Assembly (NCBI GenBank): GCA_963835575.1
Contig: CAWIGG010000002.1
Span: 1,088,001-1,152,000, forward strand
From: an uncultured Spirochaetota bacterium
GTDB taxonomy: Bacteria > Spirochaetota > Brevinematia > Brevinematales > JAOACQ01
Direction: 5' to 3'
DNA: 64,000 nucleotides
The translations under genes were made by a program, and so were the position numbers. The notes beneath the pieces are model-generated. The model was given only the letters and a program-made list of their open reading frames with translations. It did no database searches and had not been told where the DNA came from. Of this stretch, positions 42,655 through 53,125 are shown piece by piece (within the stretch, counting starts at the first letter, position 1; each line of letters starts with the position of its first letter).

Positions 42655-43665
42655 TTACTTTACCTGATATTGATAAAAACCAGCACCTTTTCCAATCATA
42701 TTCATCGTTTCGGCATCAACATCGAATATAATTTTATTGGCATGAAACTTGGATTTTTTTTCAATTAAATATGGATTTCCGGATAAAACCATTTTTTTTT
42801 CTTTTACCAAATATTCACCCCATTTTGCATAAGCTTTTTTATTATCCTGTATAATTATGACATTTCCCAGAAGATTAGCTTTTTCCTCCTGATCATATTT
42901 TTCCATAATGATAGAATAAGCCTTAATATTTTTATCTTTAAAAGTAATAACAGGTTTCTGACTGATCTTTGAATAGCCCAATTCCTTATAATAATCCAGA
43001 CGGCCGGAATTAATGGTATACCCTTCTTTAATATCTTCAACTTTAACATTCCCGATAGCCGTATAGTTTTCAAGAATACCATTTTTAGATTGAATATCTA
43101 TTTTATCTGAATTCATAATCGTTTTCTCTTGTTTAGCCCTTGCATTTCCTATCACTTTAATCTGCCCGGTTTTCTGATATATTGTTGCCTGGTTGCCTTC
43201 AATTATAAAATTTGTATTGGTGATTTTTACATGGCCGATCATAATAACCAGGTCCTTATCAGGATATATTTTCATAAGATCACTTTTAGCCAGTGTGTTA
43301 TCTTTTTGAGAAATAATTTTAGGGTTTTGTTTAACAATAAGCTCTTTTGTTTTTGTATTATAAGTACCTTCTCCGGCCATAAGAATGAATTTTTCTTCAG
43401 TATTTTGATAAAAAACATTCCCAAATGCATAGCCTATTTCAGTTTTATTGTCATAAATAATTGTATTTGCTTTAAGTGAAGATTTTCCCTGAATAATAAG
43501 CGGCATCATATTATTTGTATTTTCTAATAAAAGTTTTTCTATTTCCCATTTATAGGTACTTTTTCCGGCAGTTACTTCAACTGGTTCATTTGTGGATACT
43601 TTAAAAGCCTGCGAAAAAATGAAATCAAATAAAAAAATAAAAGTAATTATGTAAAAATACTTCAT
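42655..43665 (-). CDS. lptA: LptA/OstA-family beta-jellyroll periplasmic protein
   Basis: Signal peptide, repeated GNV/GHV/GNP jellyroll motifs, directly downstream of lptC. Confidence 0.7.
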   Translation of the reverse strand: MKYFYIITFIFLFDFIFSQAFKVSTNEPVEVTAGKSTYKWEIEKLLLENTNNMMPLIIQGKSSLKANTIIYDNKTEIGYAFGNVFYQNTEEKFILMAGEGTYNTKTKELIVKQNPKIISQKDNTLAKSDLMKIYPDKDLVIMIGHVKITNTNFIIEGNQATIYQKTGQIKVIGNARAKQEKTIMNSDKIDIQSKNGILENYTAIGNVKVEDIKEGYTINSGRLDYYKELGYSKISQKPVITFKDKNIKAYSIIMEKYDQEEKANLLGNVIIIQDNKKAYAKWGEYLVKEKKMVLSGNPYLIEKKSKFHANKIIFDVDAETMNMIGKGAGFYQYQVK

Positions 43666-43674
43666 TTAATATCC

Positions 43675-44199
43675 TTATTTTTTAATATCTCCTTTAGCTT
43701 TCTCTAATGTAACTTCTTTTAAACCTGCATCTGCAATTAATTTATATCCTCTGATAATTGTATTACCTCTTTTTAAGGTAACCAGTTCATCAGGATCACT
43801 GTAAAAGAGTTTTTTGCTATTGTCCCAATAAACTTTATTTGCTTCTAAAGTAGCTTGATTTTCAGACAATATTCTCACTTTTCCTTCCGCGTAAACATTT
43901 GCGTTATCTTTATTAACATAACCGGCATTAGCAGCTAAAAATGATTTGACTGTCCCGTTGGGATTAAAAAAAGTCATCGCCAGATTATATAAATATATTT
44001 CATTTTTTGTATTATACATTTTCGCTTCACTGGCGCGAAGTTCCCATTCTTTTTTACCGGTGAGATCGGCTGAAACATATTTAAAATCACCAAGAACAAA
44101 ATCCGGAAAATCCCTGTTTTTATTTGTTGGATTTTTAAAATTTATAGCACATGAAAATAACAATAAAGGAAAAATTAAGATTAAAATAAGCTTTTTCAT
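43675..44199 (-). CDS. lptC: LPS export ABC transporter periplasmic protein LptC
   Basis: WELRASEA, L.A..G, G.V.I, L.A..VYWD, IIRG..L.AD pattern. Confidence 0.8.
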   Translation of the reverse strand: MKKLILILIFPLLLFSCAINFKNPTNKNRDFPDFVLGDFKYVSADLTGKKEWELRASEAKMYNTKNEIYLYNLAMTFFNPNGTVKSFLAANAGYVNKDNANVYAEGKVRILSENQATLEANKVYWDNSKKLFYSDPDELVTLKRGNTIIRGYKLIADAGLKEVTLEKAKGDIKK

Positions 44200-44347
44200 T
44201 ATATTAATACCTCTTATATAATAATTTTATTTTAACATATAAATATTTATTTAGTAGTAATTTTTCTACTCTTATCTTATTATATTAGAAAGCAAAATTT
44301 ATTGCAAAGAGTTTTTAATTGTTTCATATCCATACAATAGAGGTAAT

Positions 44348-45049
44348 ATGAAAAAAAAGCTGATACAAAAAGCTCTTGAAATATCCGAAAAAGCAAATAT
44401 TGAAAAAGCTTTTCTTCTTCAAAAGAATCTTATTAAATATATCCGCTGGGATAGCGAACTTTCAGAAACCAGAATTATAGCCGGTGTAGACATTTCATAT
44501 AATAATGATCTTTCATTTTGTTCCATTGTATTAATAGATAGTAAAATAAAAGAAAAACCAATCATTGAAAAAACATTTTCAATAAAAAAAATCTCCTTTC
44601 CGTATATTCCAGGTCTCCTTTTTTTTCGGGAATTTCCGGTATTTTTTGAGTGTTATCAAAAATTGAAAACAAAACCTGATTTATTGATATTTGACGGTCA
44701 TGGTCTGTCACATCAAAGAATGATGGGCATAGCTACGATGTCGGGAATATTACTTAATAAGCCCAGTATTGGCTGTGCAAAATCACATTTATATGGAAAT
44801 TATAAAATCCCTAATAATAAAAAATATTCTTTTTCTGAATTGACTATCCGTGATTTAGTTGTTGGTTATGTAGTCCGGTCAAAAGAAAATGTCAAACCGA
44901 TTTTTATTTCCACTGGTTTTGCCGTATCTCCTAAAAAAGCCTTTGATATTGTAAGAAATCTTATTACGAATTATAAATTACCGCTGCCTACTCATTATGC
45001 GCATTACTATAGTGAAGAATATAAAAGAAATTATAAAGAAGTTATTTAA
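44348..45049 (+). CDS. nfi: Endonuclease V
   Basis: IAGVDISY, FPYIPGLLFFRE, FDGHG..H.R.MGIA, IGCAKS, KPIFISTG. Confidence 0.95.
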   Translation: MKKKLIQKALEISEKANIEKAFLLQKNLIKYIRWDSELSETRIIAGVDISYNNDLSFCSIVLIDSKIKEKPIIEKTFSIKKISFPYIPGLLFFREFPVFFECYQKLKTKPDLLIFDGHGLSHQRMMGIATMSGILLNKPSIGCAKSHLYGNYKIPNNKKYSFSELTIRDLVVGYVVRSKENVKPIFISTGFAVSPKKAFDIVRNLITNYKLPLPTHYAHYYSEEYKRNYKEVI

Positions 45050-45115
45050 TACTAGAAGGATTTACTATTATTAATAAACCTGTACGGTAGGCACTTTTAA
45101 CTAATATTTATAAAA

Positions 45116-45143
45116 TTGACAACTGAAAAAAGTATATTATAAT
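45116..45143 (+). promoter_or_regulatory. Sigma70-type promoter
   Basis: TTGACA-16 nt-TATAAT upstream of 45171. Confidence 0.6.
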
Positions 45144-45170
45144 CATAACCGCTTAAGACAAGAGGAAATA

Positions 45171-46037
45171 ATGAAAATTAATACCAACGAAGCACTAAAA
45201 ATTGCTGAAAAGTATGAATCAGAAGTGCCGATTATATATTTATCAGACATTAAATCAAAAAGTTCCTTAGAAAGCCTCTCGATAAGTAAAGATACCCTTT
45301 TTGAACCTTTACATTATGAGCTATTGGATAATGCGGGGATTAAAGAAATCGAAGTTCAATACAGCGAAAAATTATATGCAAAACTAGTTTCGAATTTTCC
45401 AGGTAATTACCGTTTGCCAACGGGGCGAAAAAATATTATTGAACTGGATAGAATCATAGACCAATTGGAAATGGCTAATGCGGCAAGTAAAAGAAAAAGA
45501 TCTATAATTTCTCTATGTGAATCTTATAAAAAAACATCCACCGGTACAGTTGAAACCATATTGAAATATGGTGAAAAATTAACTTATAAACGCTGGAATG
45601 AAGTTAAGGTCAATTTAAACCGTAATATTCTATTAGATTATAGATATGATGAATGCGGTATCATTGTTTTTTATATTCTTAATGCTTCAGATCCATACTA
45701 CTCTCAAAAATTCATGAAATTTACCGAATTGGTTTCTATGATTGTAGACTGTAAACAGATTGGCATGTCATTTTATCCTGATTTTGTGCCGGAAACAGAT
45801 GTTTATACATTAAATAATAAAAATGATTTATTAAAACTATACAGTGAAAGTAATGCCTCATTAATTATTATTGGTGAAGACCTGGATAATAATTATAAAG
45901 AAGCTCTTTCACAGATTAAATTTTACGACAGATATGCGCGAATGATGGTAATTAAGAATCCGGAGCCTTCTCAAAGAGTAGAAATTCTTACTCAAATAAA
46001 AAATGTTTATGGTAAGAGGTTATGGGAAGAAAAATAG
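45171..46037 (+). CDS. Hypothetical cytoplasmic protein, possible C-terminal pseudo-receiver fold
   Basis: 288 aa ORF with GAGG SD and promoter; C-terminal beta/alpha pattern reminiscent of a receiver domain. Confidence 0.55.
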   Translation: MKINTNEALKIAEKYESEVPIIYLSDIKSKSSLESLSISKDTLFEPLHYELLDNAGIKEIEVQYSEKLYAKLVSNFPGNYRLPTGRKNIIELDRIIDQLEMANAASKRKRSIISLCESYKKTSTGTVETILKYGEKLTYKRWNEVKVNLNRNILLDYRYDECGIIVFYILNASDPYYSQKFMKFTELVSMIVDCKQIGMSFYPDFVPETDVYTLNNKNDLLKLYSESNASLIIIGEDLDNNYKEALSQIKFYDRYARMMVIKNPEPSQRVEILTQIKNVYGKRLWEEK

Positions 46038-46504
46038 GCGATTTACTCGTATTTCCAATATTTATTAAGAATATTTTATGGTTTAATATTAAACGTTTTA
46101 AAATCAATAGTTTCTGGCGTATTATATTTTTCATTATTAATTTTATGCTTTTTCTTTCGACTTTTTTTCCGGCGCCTGGTAATTTCTCATATTATATCTT
46201 TATTATTGTTACGTTATCAAATTTTCTCTTTATATATTCAAGAATTAATTCACGTGTTGATACTTTTTTTCTGCTCAGACAGTTCGGCGCTTCGCTTCTG
46301 TTTATAATTATAGATAATATTATTGAGATTCTTCTTATATTCTTTTCATCAGCGGTTACTTTTCTTATCGCTTCAATTTTTTTAAAACCGTCTCAACAAT
46401 CATTTTTATTTATTATTTATCAATTAGCTGCCGTCATCTTCTTTATTCCAATAGTTTCATTAGTTGTAATCATGAGATTGGAAAAAGAAAAAAAAGAACA
46501 TTAA
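46022..46504 (+). CDS. Small FtsX-like permease-domain membrane protein
   Basis: Four hydrophobic segments, LLRQFGAS...I coupling-helix-like motif, adjacent ABC ATPase. Confidence 0.55.
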   Translation: MGRKIGDLLVFPIFIKNILWFNIKRFKINSFWRIIFFIINFMLFLSTFFPAPGNFSYYIFIIVTLSNFLFIYSRINSRVDTFFLLRQFGASLLFIIIDNIIEILLIFFSSAVTFLIASIFLKPSQQSFLFIIYQLAAVIFFIPIVSLVVIMRLEKEKKEH

Positions 46505-46520
46505 AAAAGGTACATAATTA

Positions 46521-47207
46521 ATGGATATTAAACTCATACATATTTCAAAGAAGTATAAATCGATAGGCGAGAAGTACATAAAATCATTGGATTCCCTAAA
46601 TATTGATATTAATTATGGAAATTACGTCTCATTTGTCGGGCCTTCAGGAAGCGGTAAAAGCACTTTGCTGAATATTATCAGTTCAAATTTAAAGCCAAGT
46701 TCAGGCGAAGTATTCTGGGGTAAATTTTGTCTTTCAAAAACAAAAGACAAAGAAATATTTTATATTAGAAGGACAAAATTCGGCATCATTTTTCAAGACA
46801 ACCAGTTTGTCAGTGAGCTGAATGTTGAAGATAACATACTTCTCCCTTTAGCAATAACAAATGCATCTATTAAGGAAAAATATAATTATTTTAACTCACT
46901 TCTGGAAAGCCTTAAAATTCAATATCTTAAAAAAAGATCTACTTTAGAATTAAGCGGGGGAGAGAAAAAGAAAGTGGCAATTGCCCGTTCTTTAATCAAT
47001 AACCCTGAAATCCTGGTGGCTGATGAACCAACCGCAAACTTAGATGATGTTTCTGCGAAAGAAGTATTTAATATATTCACAAATCTAAATAAACTCGGTT
47101 TAACAATAATTATTGCAACACATGATGAACGTTTTGGTAATTTCTGTAAAGAAACATATTATATGCTGAATGGTAAAATTGAAAAATTCATTAGCAAATC
47201 ATTATAG
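46521..47207 (+). CDS. ABC transporter ATP-binding protein (LolD/FtsE/MacB-like)
   Basis: GPSGSGKST, LSGGE, ILVADEPTANLD, ATHD. Confidence 0.92.
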   Translation: MDIKLIHISKKYKSIGEKYIKSLDSLNIDINYGNYVSFVGPSGSGKSTLLNIISSNLKPSSGEVFWGKFCLSKTKDKEIFYIRRTKFGIIFQDNQFVSELNVEDNILLPLAITNASIKEKYNYFNSLLESLKIQYLKKRSTLELSGGEKKKVAIARSLINNPEILVADEPTANLDDVSAKEVFNIFTNLNKLGLTIIIATHDERFGNFCKETYYMLNGKIEKFISKSL

Positions 47208-47315
47208 TGAATTAAAACTTTATAATTCATTCTATAAATTAATCAATATTTTTTTACTCTAACCGATATTGTATTAAGGTTTTAATGCTATAACATGATT
47301 TATTAGGTTGAAAAA

Positions 47316-49364
47316 ATGGCTCGGAAATATTTTATTGCTTTAATATTAAATATTGGTATAATATTAATCATTTTTATACTTTTTATATTTATTGACATTA
47401 ATATCAGTAATGCTGTACGAAACAATAATATTTCAGCAATTTCTGAAAGCACTAATCAGGAAAAAAATTCAAATATATCACATCCGCCTTATTTTGATTA
47501 TATTGACTGGAACTCAAACCATTATTTAAATTTAAATCTTATAAATGATAATACAAATATTTATGAAATTTCCATTTATTCCAATAAAACAGTTCAAGCC
47601 GCATTTTATTCTTATCAAAAAACCTATTACAGGTTTGAAATAAACCGCTTTATACTTGCAGGAAATATCAATCCGGATAAATGCTATGTTCAAATATATA
47701 ATAACAATGAAGTCATACCGTCATATTATGGGCCAACAAATCTTTTGTTTAAAAAAACGGAATTATATTATACGGCAAGCTGGTTTCACAGCTGGAAACC
47801 TCCTCTGGGAAAATATAATGCCGTACTATTTTTTAATAATCAGCCTGTTATAAAAAGTGAATTTGAAATCATAGCAAGAAAACCAGTGGAATATAAAAAA
47901 ACAATCAGTTTTATTAATATAGAATATAACCAGCCCTTATTAAACAGAAATATTTATAACAGCAGCTTTCAAAAAACACCTTTCCTTTCCGGATTACTGG
48001 ATTGGATTAATTACGGCAATATTGATGCGCTTGCAACATTATCAGGAGAAACAACAGGATGGGGCAATATAACGCCTGAAAAACCCTGGGAATATTATCC
48101 CATCAAAAACTTAGAATCTATCGGTACTGAATTAAATAATAAAAATAAACTTGTCGGAGCTTATATCATGTGCTTTTATACACCGGAAAACGGATGGAAA
48201 AAAGCAGGGTACGCTCCGGCTAAAGGTATTTTCTGGAATAACGGAATAACGGACATCCGCAGCAGCAGTTTTATATCTTTCAAAGATAAAAAAAGATTTG
48301 ATGATATTGTAAATTTTGCCAAATATCTGGATAGTTTAGATTATGTCCATTTTATCGGTTTTGATTTTATCCGATTCGGCGAACTTGTCGGTTATGAGAA
48401 TGCCGATGAATTTGTAGTAGATATGAATGTGTCAACTCCAAAAGAATGGTCCAGATATTCAGAGAATGAAAAAATTATCTGGCTTGGTCAGAAATTACAG
48501 GGAAGGGGAAATATATCAATAAAAGAAAGATGGAAATTATGGATAGCTCACAAAACAGCAGATTTTATTTATAGAGTCCGTAATGAAGCCGGAATAAAGA
48601 AACCTATATGGGTTTTTACACTTGGATGGGATCATGGAAAAGAACATGGGCAGGACCCATATTTCTTTCAGGATGCAGGTGCTTTTTCTGATTTTGTGAT
48701 GCTTTATGAAGCTACTCCTGATATGTTTGAAGCCATGAAAATAAGCTGGTCTGATTATCTAAAAGATGAAACCTTGAATTATATACCCGGCAATCAAATT
48801 GATGCTGTTCTTCTTAAATCTATCTACGGTAAAAATCCTATAGAAGAATATGCTGACCGTTTGGATTGGGCGGTTCAATATGCCACTTATTATTCAAAGG
48901 GAGTCTTTATACATGATATAACCAGAGCATTCTGGGGCAGAAGAGGGAATTATCCATATTATGAATGGCTGATATCAGGTTTTTCAAGCGCCAGCCATGC
49001 CCGCTGGCTGAATCATGAGATACCTTATTGCATAAATATCATAAAAAATGAGTCTGAATATTATTCTAAAAGATCAATGACTATTCCGATCGAAATTCAG
49101 ATCAATCCCGTTTTTTTATCTAACTTGATTAATAAATCAATTATTATAAAAAAAATAGGCGATAATTTTATTCAAAAAATTGACATTTCAGAAAAAACCA
49201 ATATAATATTAGATATTAGAATGAACCCCAATATGGGAAAGACGCAATGGTTTGGTCTTTATTCCAAAATCGACGGTTATCCTCCCTATTTTGTATTCAG
49301 TTATATAAAAGCAAATAATAAAAATATAGTGTTTAGTAGAAATCTGAAAGGATTCCATAATTAA
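47316..49364 (+). CDS. Membrane-anchored putative glycoside hydrolase-like (TIM barrel) protein
   Basis: N-terminal TM anchor, Ig-like segment, IGFDFIRF resembling the G.QFDY.RF motif of putative GH families, VMLYE. Confidence 0.5.
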   Translation: MARKYFIALILNIGIILIIFILFIFIDINISNAVRNNNISAISESTNQEKNSNISHPPYFDYIDWNSNHYLNLNLINDNTNIYEISIYSNKTVQAAFYSYQKTYYRFEINRFILAGNINPDKCYVQIYNNNEVIPSYYGPTNLLFKKTELYYTASWFHSWKPPLGKYNAVLFFNNQPVIKSEFEIIARKPVEYKKTISFINIEYNQPLLNRNIYNSSFQKTPFLSGLLDWINYGNIDALATLSGETTGWGNITPEKPWEYYPIKNLESIGTELNNKNKLVGAYIMCFYTPENGWKKAGYAPAKGIFWNNGITDIRSSSFISFKDKKRFDDIVNFAKYLDSLDYVHFIGFDFIRFGELVGYENADEFVVDMNVSTPKEWSRYSENEKIIWLGQKLQGRGNISIKERWKLWIAHKTADFIYRVRNEAGIKKPIWVFTLGWDHGKEHGQDPYFFQDAGAFSDFVMLYEATPDMFEAMKISWSDYLKDETLNYIPGNQIDAVLLKSIYGKNPIEEYADRLDWAVQYATYYSKGVFIHDITRAFWGRRGNYPYYEWLISGFSSASHARWLNHEIPYCINIIKNESEYYSKRSMTIPIEIQINPVFLSNLINKSIIIKKIGDNFIQKIDISEKTNIILDIRMNPNMGKTQWFGLYSKIDGYPPYFVFSYIKANNKNIVFSRNLKGFHN

Positions 49365-49575
49365 AGTTACAGAATAAAGTTCTAATCATCATTATCAATT
49401 TATATCAATTCTGAAAGGAGAATTCTTTTTCAAAAGGGCATCCTGTACATTCTTTATAAATCAAAATAAGAATAATTTTAAGCAAAAGAAAATAGGATAT
49501 CTCCTGCCGATGTTTTTTTTAATTGGTAATATTAAATTTAAAGTTTTATTTATAATACTATAAAAGGAGTAAGCT

Positions 49576-51021
49576 ATGCCGAGAAGAATTAAACTTAAGA
49601 ATGGAAATGAAACCGAAGAACAATTAACAGAAATTCCTGAGAAAAATACTCAGGAAATAGAAGAAAAAAAGAATAGTTTATTCAGTTCATATGTCCATTC
49701 AAATGATCCTGAAGAAGTTATGAAGCAAGTATTTACCGATGATAAAAAGATTTATATAAATAAATTAAAACAGCTTTCTATCACAGAGCTGACAATTATT
49801 GCCGAACATCTCAGTATTGACAATTATGAATCGATGCATACACAGGAAATGGTATACCAGATTCTGAGAAAGCATGCGGATAATGAAGGTATTATTTACG
49901 GCGGCGGTATTTTACAGGTAATTGAAGGCGGATTTGGCTTTTTACGGTCGCAAAGATATAATTTTTTACCCAGTTCAGATGATATTTATGTTTCGCCTTC
50001 TCAGATATCGCTTTTTAAACTTAGAACCGGCGATACTGTAGAAGGCCATATACGCCCTCCAAAAAGAACAGAAGAAGAAAAATTCTTCGCCCTCCTTAGA
50101 ATTGAAAAAATAAACGATAAATCACCTGAAGAAGCTCGTAGAAGAACCCTTTTTGATAATTTAACTCCTCTTTTTCCCGAAAGAAAAATCAAACTGGAAG
50201 TCGAATCAGATGAAATCGCCATGAGAATCATGGATTTATTTACCCCGATAGGTAAAGGGCAGAGAGGACTTGTTGTATCGCCTCCAAAGGCCGGCAAAAC
50301 AATATTATTAAAAAAGATAGCAAATAGCATTACCAGCAATCACCCTGAAATCCGGCTTATTATTTTTTTAGTCGATGAAAGACCTGAAGAAGTCACGGAT
50401 ATGCAGAGGTCTGTTAAAGCTGAGGTATTAAGCTCCACTTTTGATGAACAGGCGTCAAAGCATGTTTTAGTTGCGCAAATGGTACTGGAAAAAGCAAAAC
50501 GTCTAGTTGAAAGCGGATATGATGTTGTGATTTTGCTGGATTCAATTACCCGTTTAGCCCGTGCTTATAATCAGGTGGAGCCCGCAAGCGGAAAAGTATT
50601 ATCCGGCGGTATTGACTCCAACGCGCTTCATAAACCTAAAAAATTCTTCGGTGCCGCAAGAAATATTGAAGAAGGCGGCAGTCTGACTATTGTTGCAACA
50701 GCCCTCGTGGATACTGGAAGTAAAATGGATGAAGTGATATATGAGGAATTCAAAGGCACCGGTAATATGGAAATTCATCTGGATAGAAATCTTTCCAATA
50801 TCAGGGTATTCCCTGCAATAGATATCAAATTATCAGGAACAAGAAGAGAAGAATTATTGTTGAACAATGATTCACTCGAAAAAATCAGAATGCTCAGAAA
50901 AGTATTCGCTTCCATGCCGAATGAAGAGATTATTCCGAAATTGACGTCTTCAATGAAGAAAACAGTAACAAATGAGGAATTCTTGAATAATTTACAGTAT
51001 TTTTCCAATGCTTCATCTTAA
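49576..51021 (+). CDS. rho: Transcription termination factor Rho
   Basis: [58 protein letters not shown]. Confidence 0.98.
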   Translation: MPRRIKLKNGNETEEQLTEIPEKNTQEIEEKKNSLFSSYVHSNDPEEVMKQVFTDDKKIYINKLKQLSITELTIIAEHLSIDNYESMHTQEMVYQILRKHADNEGIIYGGGILQVIEGGFGFLRSQRYNFLPSSDDIYVSPSQISLFKLRTGDTVEGHIRPPKRTEEEKFFALLRIEKINDKSPEEARRRTLFDNLTPLFPERKIKLEVESDEIAMRIMDLFTPIGKGQRGLVVSPPKAGKTILLKKIANSITSNHPEIRLIIFLVDERPEEVTDMQRSVKAEVLSSTFDEQASKHVLVAQMVLEKAKRLVESGYDVVILLDSITRLARAYNQVEPASGKVLSGGIDSNALHKPKKFFGAARNIEEGGSLTIVATALVDTGSKMDEVIYEEFKGTGNMEIHLDRNLSNIRVFPAIDIKLSGTRREELLLNNDSLEKIRMLRKVFASMPNEEIIPKLTSSMKKTVTNEEFLNNLQYFSNASS

Positions 51022-51153
51022 TCCTGAGAATAATATTAATTAGGACAAAAAATCTTTACTTCGATTAGAATGAGCGGAACCAACCTATTTTAATAAGATT
51101 TTAATATCCTATTATATATTTTGGAATGTTTTTTATGTTAAGATATATAATTT

Positions 51154-51182
51154 TTGACTAATCTGTTATATTATATTATAAT
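51154..51182 (+). promoter_or_regulatory. Sigma70-type promoter of rpmE-xseA
   Basis: TTGACT-17 nt-TATAAT. Confidence 0.65.
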
Positions 51183-51213
51183 CAACTATTACAATTTAAC
51201 TGGGAGTAGGCAA

Positions 51214-51414
51214 ATGAAAGAAGGTATACATCCAAAGCTTTTTGATACAAAAGTAAAATGCACATGCGGGAATGAATTTACGATTCAAACAATAGTTCCG
51301 GAAATAAATGTGGAAATCTGTTCTAAATGTCATCCATTTTATACCGGCCAGAAGAGAATAGCAGAAAGAGGCGGTATGGTTGACAGATTTAAGAAGAGAT
51401 ATAATATTAAATAA
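51214..51414 (+). CDS. rpmE: 50S ribosomal protein L31 (Zn-binding type)
   Basis: MKEGIHP, CTCGN, CSKCHPFYTG, G.VDRFKKRY. Confidence 0.97.
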   Translation: MKEGIHPKLFDTKVKCTCGNEFTIQTIVPEINVEICSKCHPFYTGQKRIAERGGMVDRFKKRYNIK

Positions 51415-51419
51415 TAATC

Positions 51420-52634
51420 ATGAATAGTCATACCGAGCAGGCACTGACAGTCAGCGCTGTTGCAAAGTTCATCTATTCCATCATTGCAGAGAACATATCA
51501 TCCCTCTGGATAAGAGGGGAAATAAGCAATTTCAAGATTCAGCAAAATGGTAATGCTTATTTTAATATTAAAGACAGCGAAGCAAAACTTAACGCAATTA
51601 TCATGGCTAATTCAAATGCTCAAAAACACATATCAGAATTAAAAAACGGACTTGAAATACTGGTATACGGCAGAATTTCTTACTATAAGAAAGAAGGTTA
51701 TATTACTTTATTTACCGAGGAAATTGAATTTGTCGGAGAGGGGCTGCTCAAGCAGAAGTTTGATGAACTGAAAAAAAAACTGGAATCAGAAGGATTATTT
51801 AATAAAGAACATAAAAGAAAGATACCCGAATTCCCTCAATGCGTAGGTATAGTCACATCACCCAGCGGAGCCGCCATCCAGGATATATTAAACGTAACAA
51901 GCCGCAGATTTTCGAGTGTTAATATCATCCTTTTCCCGGCCTCTGTTCAGGGAGAAAGCGCTGTACAGGATATTGTTTCATCGATTAAAGTTGCAAATAA
52001 GTATGCTTATAAATATATTGATGTTTTAATTGTCGGAAGAGGCGGAGGATCACTCGAGGATCTCTGGTGTTTTAACGAGGAAGCAGTAGCTCGCGCTATT
52101 TATGGCTCAAAAATACCGGTTATATCAGCTGTGGGACATGAAATTGATTATACAATTGCCGACTATGTGGCCGATATGAGAGCGCCAACACCATCGGCAG
52201 CCGCTGAATTAGTGGTAAAGGATAAAAAGGAAATTCTTAAATTTATAGAAAGTATTAAAGATAGAATTGATGTTCTTTTTATTAACAAATACGATTCAAT
52301 CCGGAATTTTTTGGAAATCAGGGGGCAAGGAGCAATAAAAAGGCTTTTTCAAGAACAATTATCTGATTTATCACTGACCCTGGAGAATCTTTCAATCCGT
52401 TTTACTAATAATTTCAAAACATATTTAAACCAGACAAGAAGTTTTCTGAACCTGCACAAAGAAAAACTAAATGCGCTTCATCCTCATAATACACTTAAAA
52501 GAGGATACACTATAACATATAAAATCGATTCTCAGGGCAGGAAATCAGTTGTCAGTTCAATAAATGACATCCATCAAGGTAATTGCATTAATACGTTATT
52601 GCATGACGGTGATTTTAATTCGAAAGTTCAATAA
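51420..52634 (+). CDS. xseA: Exodeoxyribonuclease VII large subunit
   Basis: GEISNF, TSPSGAAIQD, VQGE, RGGGSLEDLW.FN.E, SAVGHEID, RAPTPSAAAE. Confidence 0.95.
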   Translation: MNSHTEQALTVSAVAKFIYSIIAENISSLWIRGEISNFKIQQNGNAYFNIKDSEAKLNAIIMANSNAQKHISELKNGLEILVYGRISYYKKEGYITLFTEEIEFVGEGLLKQKFDELKKKLESEGLFNKEHKRKIPEFPQCVGIVTSPSGAAIQDILNVTSRRFSSVNIILFPASVQGESAVQDIVSSIKVANKYAYKYIDVLIVGRGGGSLEDLWCFNEEAVARAIYGSKIPVISAVGHEIDYTIADYVADMRAPTPSAAAELVVKDKKEILKFIESIKDRIDVLFINKYDSIRNFLEIRGQGAIKRLFQEQLSDLSLTLENLSIRFTNNFKTYLNQTRSFLNLHKEKLNALHPHNTLKRGYTITYKIDSQGRKSVVSSINDIHQGNCINTLLHDGDFNSKVQ

Positions 52635-52963
52635 ATATAAGACTTCAAAAGAAATAGCGAGTCCAATCTATAATCTCTGACATCAAACGAAATCAGCAGA
52701 GGGTTTTGATCTTGCCTTTCCAGATAAATCGCACCGCAACTCATCAAAGATGCTTTATAGCTTTTACCCAGATATGTAAATTCAAGTCTGTTATAAGTCT
52801 CTTTTGTAATAGTGATACCGGCTACATCAGAAGGAGCTACTCTAGCCCCCTGATAAACAAATGCTTTAAATGGAAAAACAACTTCAGTTATTTTCACGCT
52901 GAAGCCTAATCCTGATATGAACATTAATAAAAAAGTGCTGATTATTATCATCCTGATATTCAT
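52628..52963 (-). CDS. Hypothetical small exported protein
   Basis: Signal-peptide-like N-terminus, AGGAGG SD. Confidence 0.6.
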   Translation of the reverse strand: MNIRMIIISTFLLMFISGLGFSVKITEVVFPFKAFVYQGARVAPSDVAGITITKETYNRLEFTYLGKSYKASLMSCGAIYLERQDQNPLLISFDVRDYRLDSLFLLKSYIY

Positions 52964-53125
52964 AATAAGCCTCCTACTTAATATCTATATTAATATATTA
53001 CTTTAATTTATTTCTGCTGTCAATATTGAAATAGTTTAATTTTGATTTTTTATGAATATTGCCTTAAAATAAAAAGGTACCTTTCTGATAGAATTAAAGC
53101 CATTCTTTTAAGGGGTAAGTTTACC

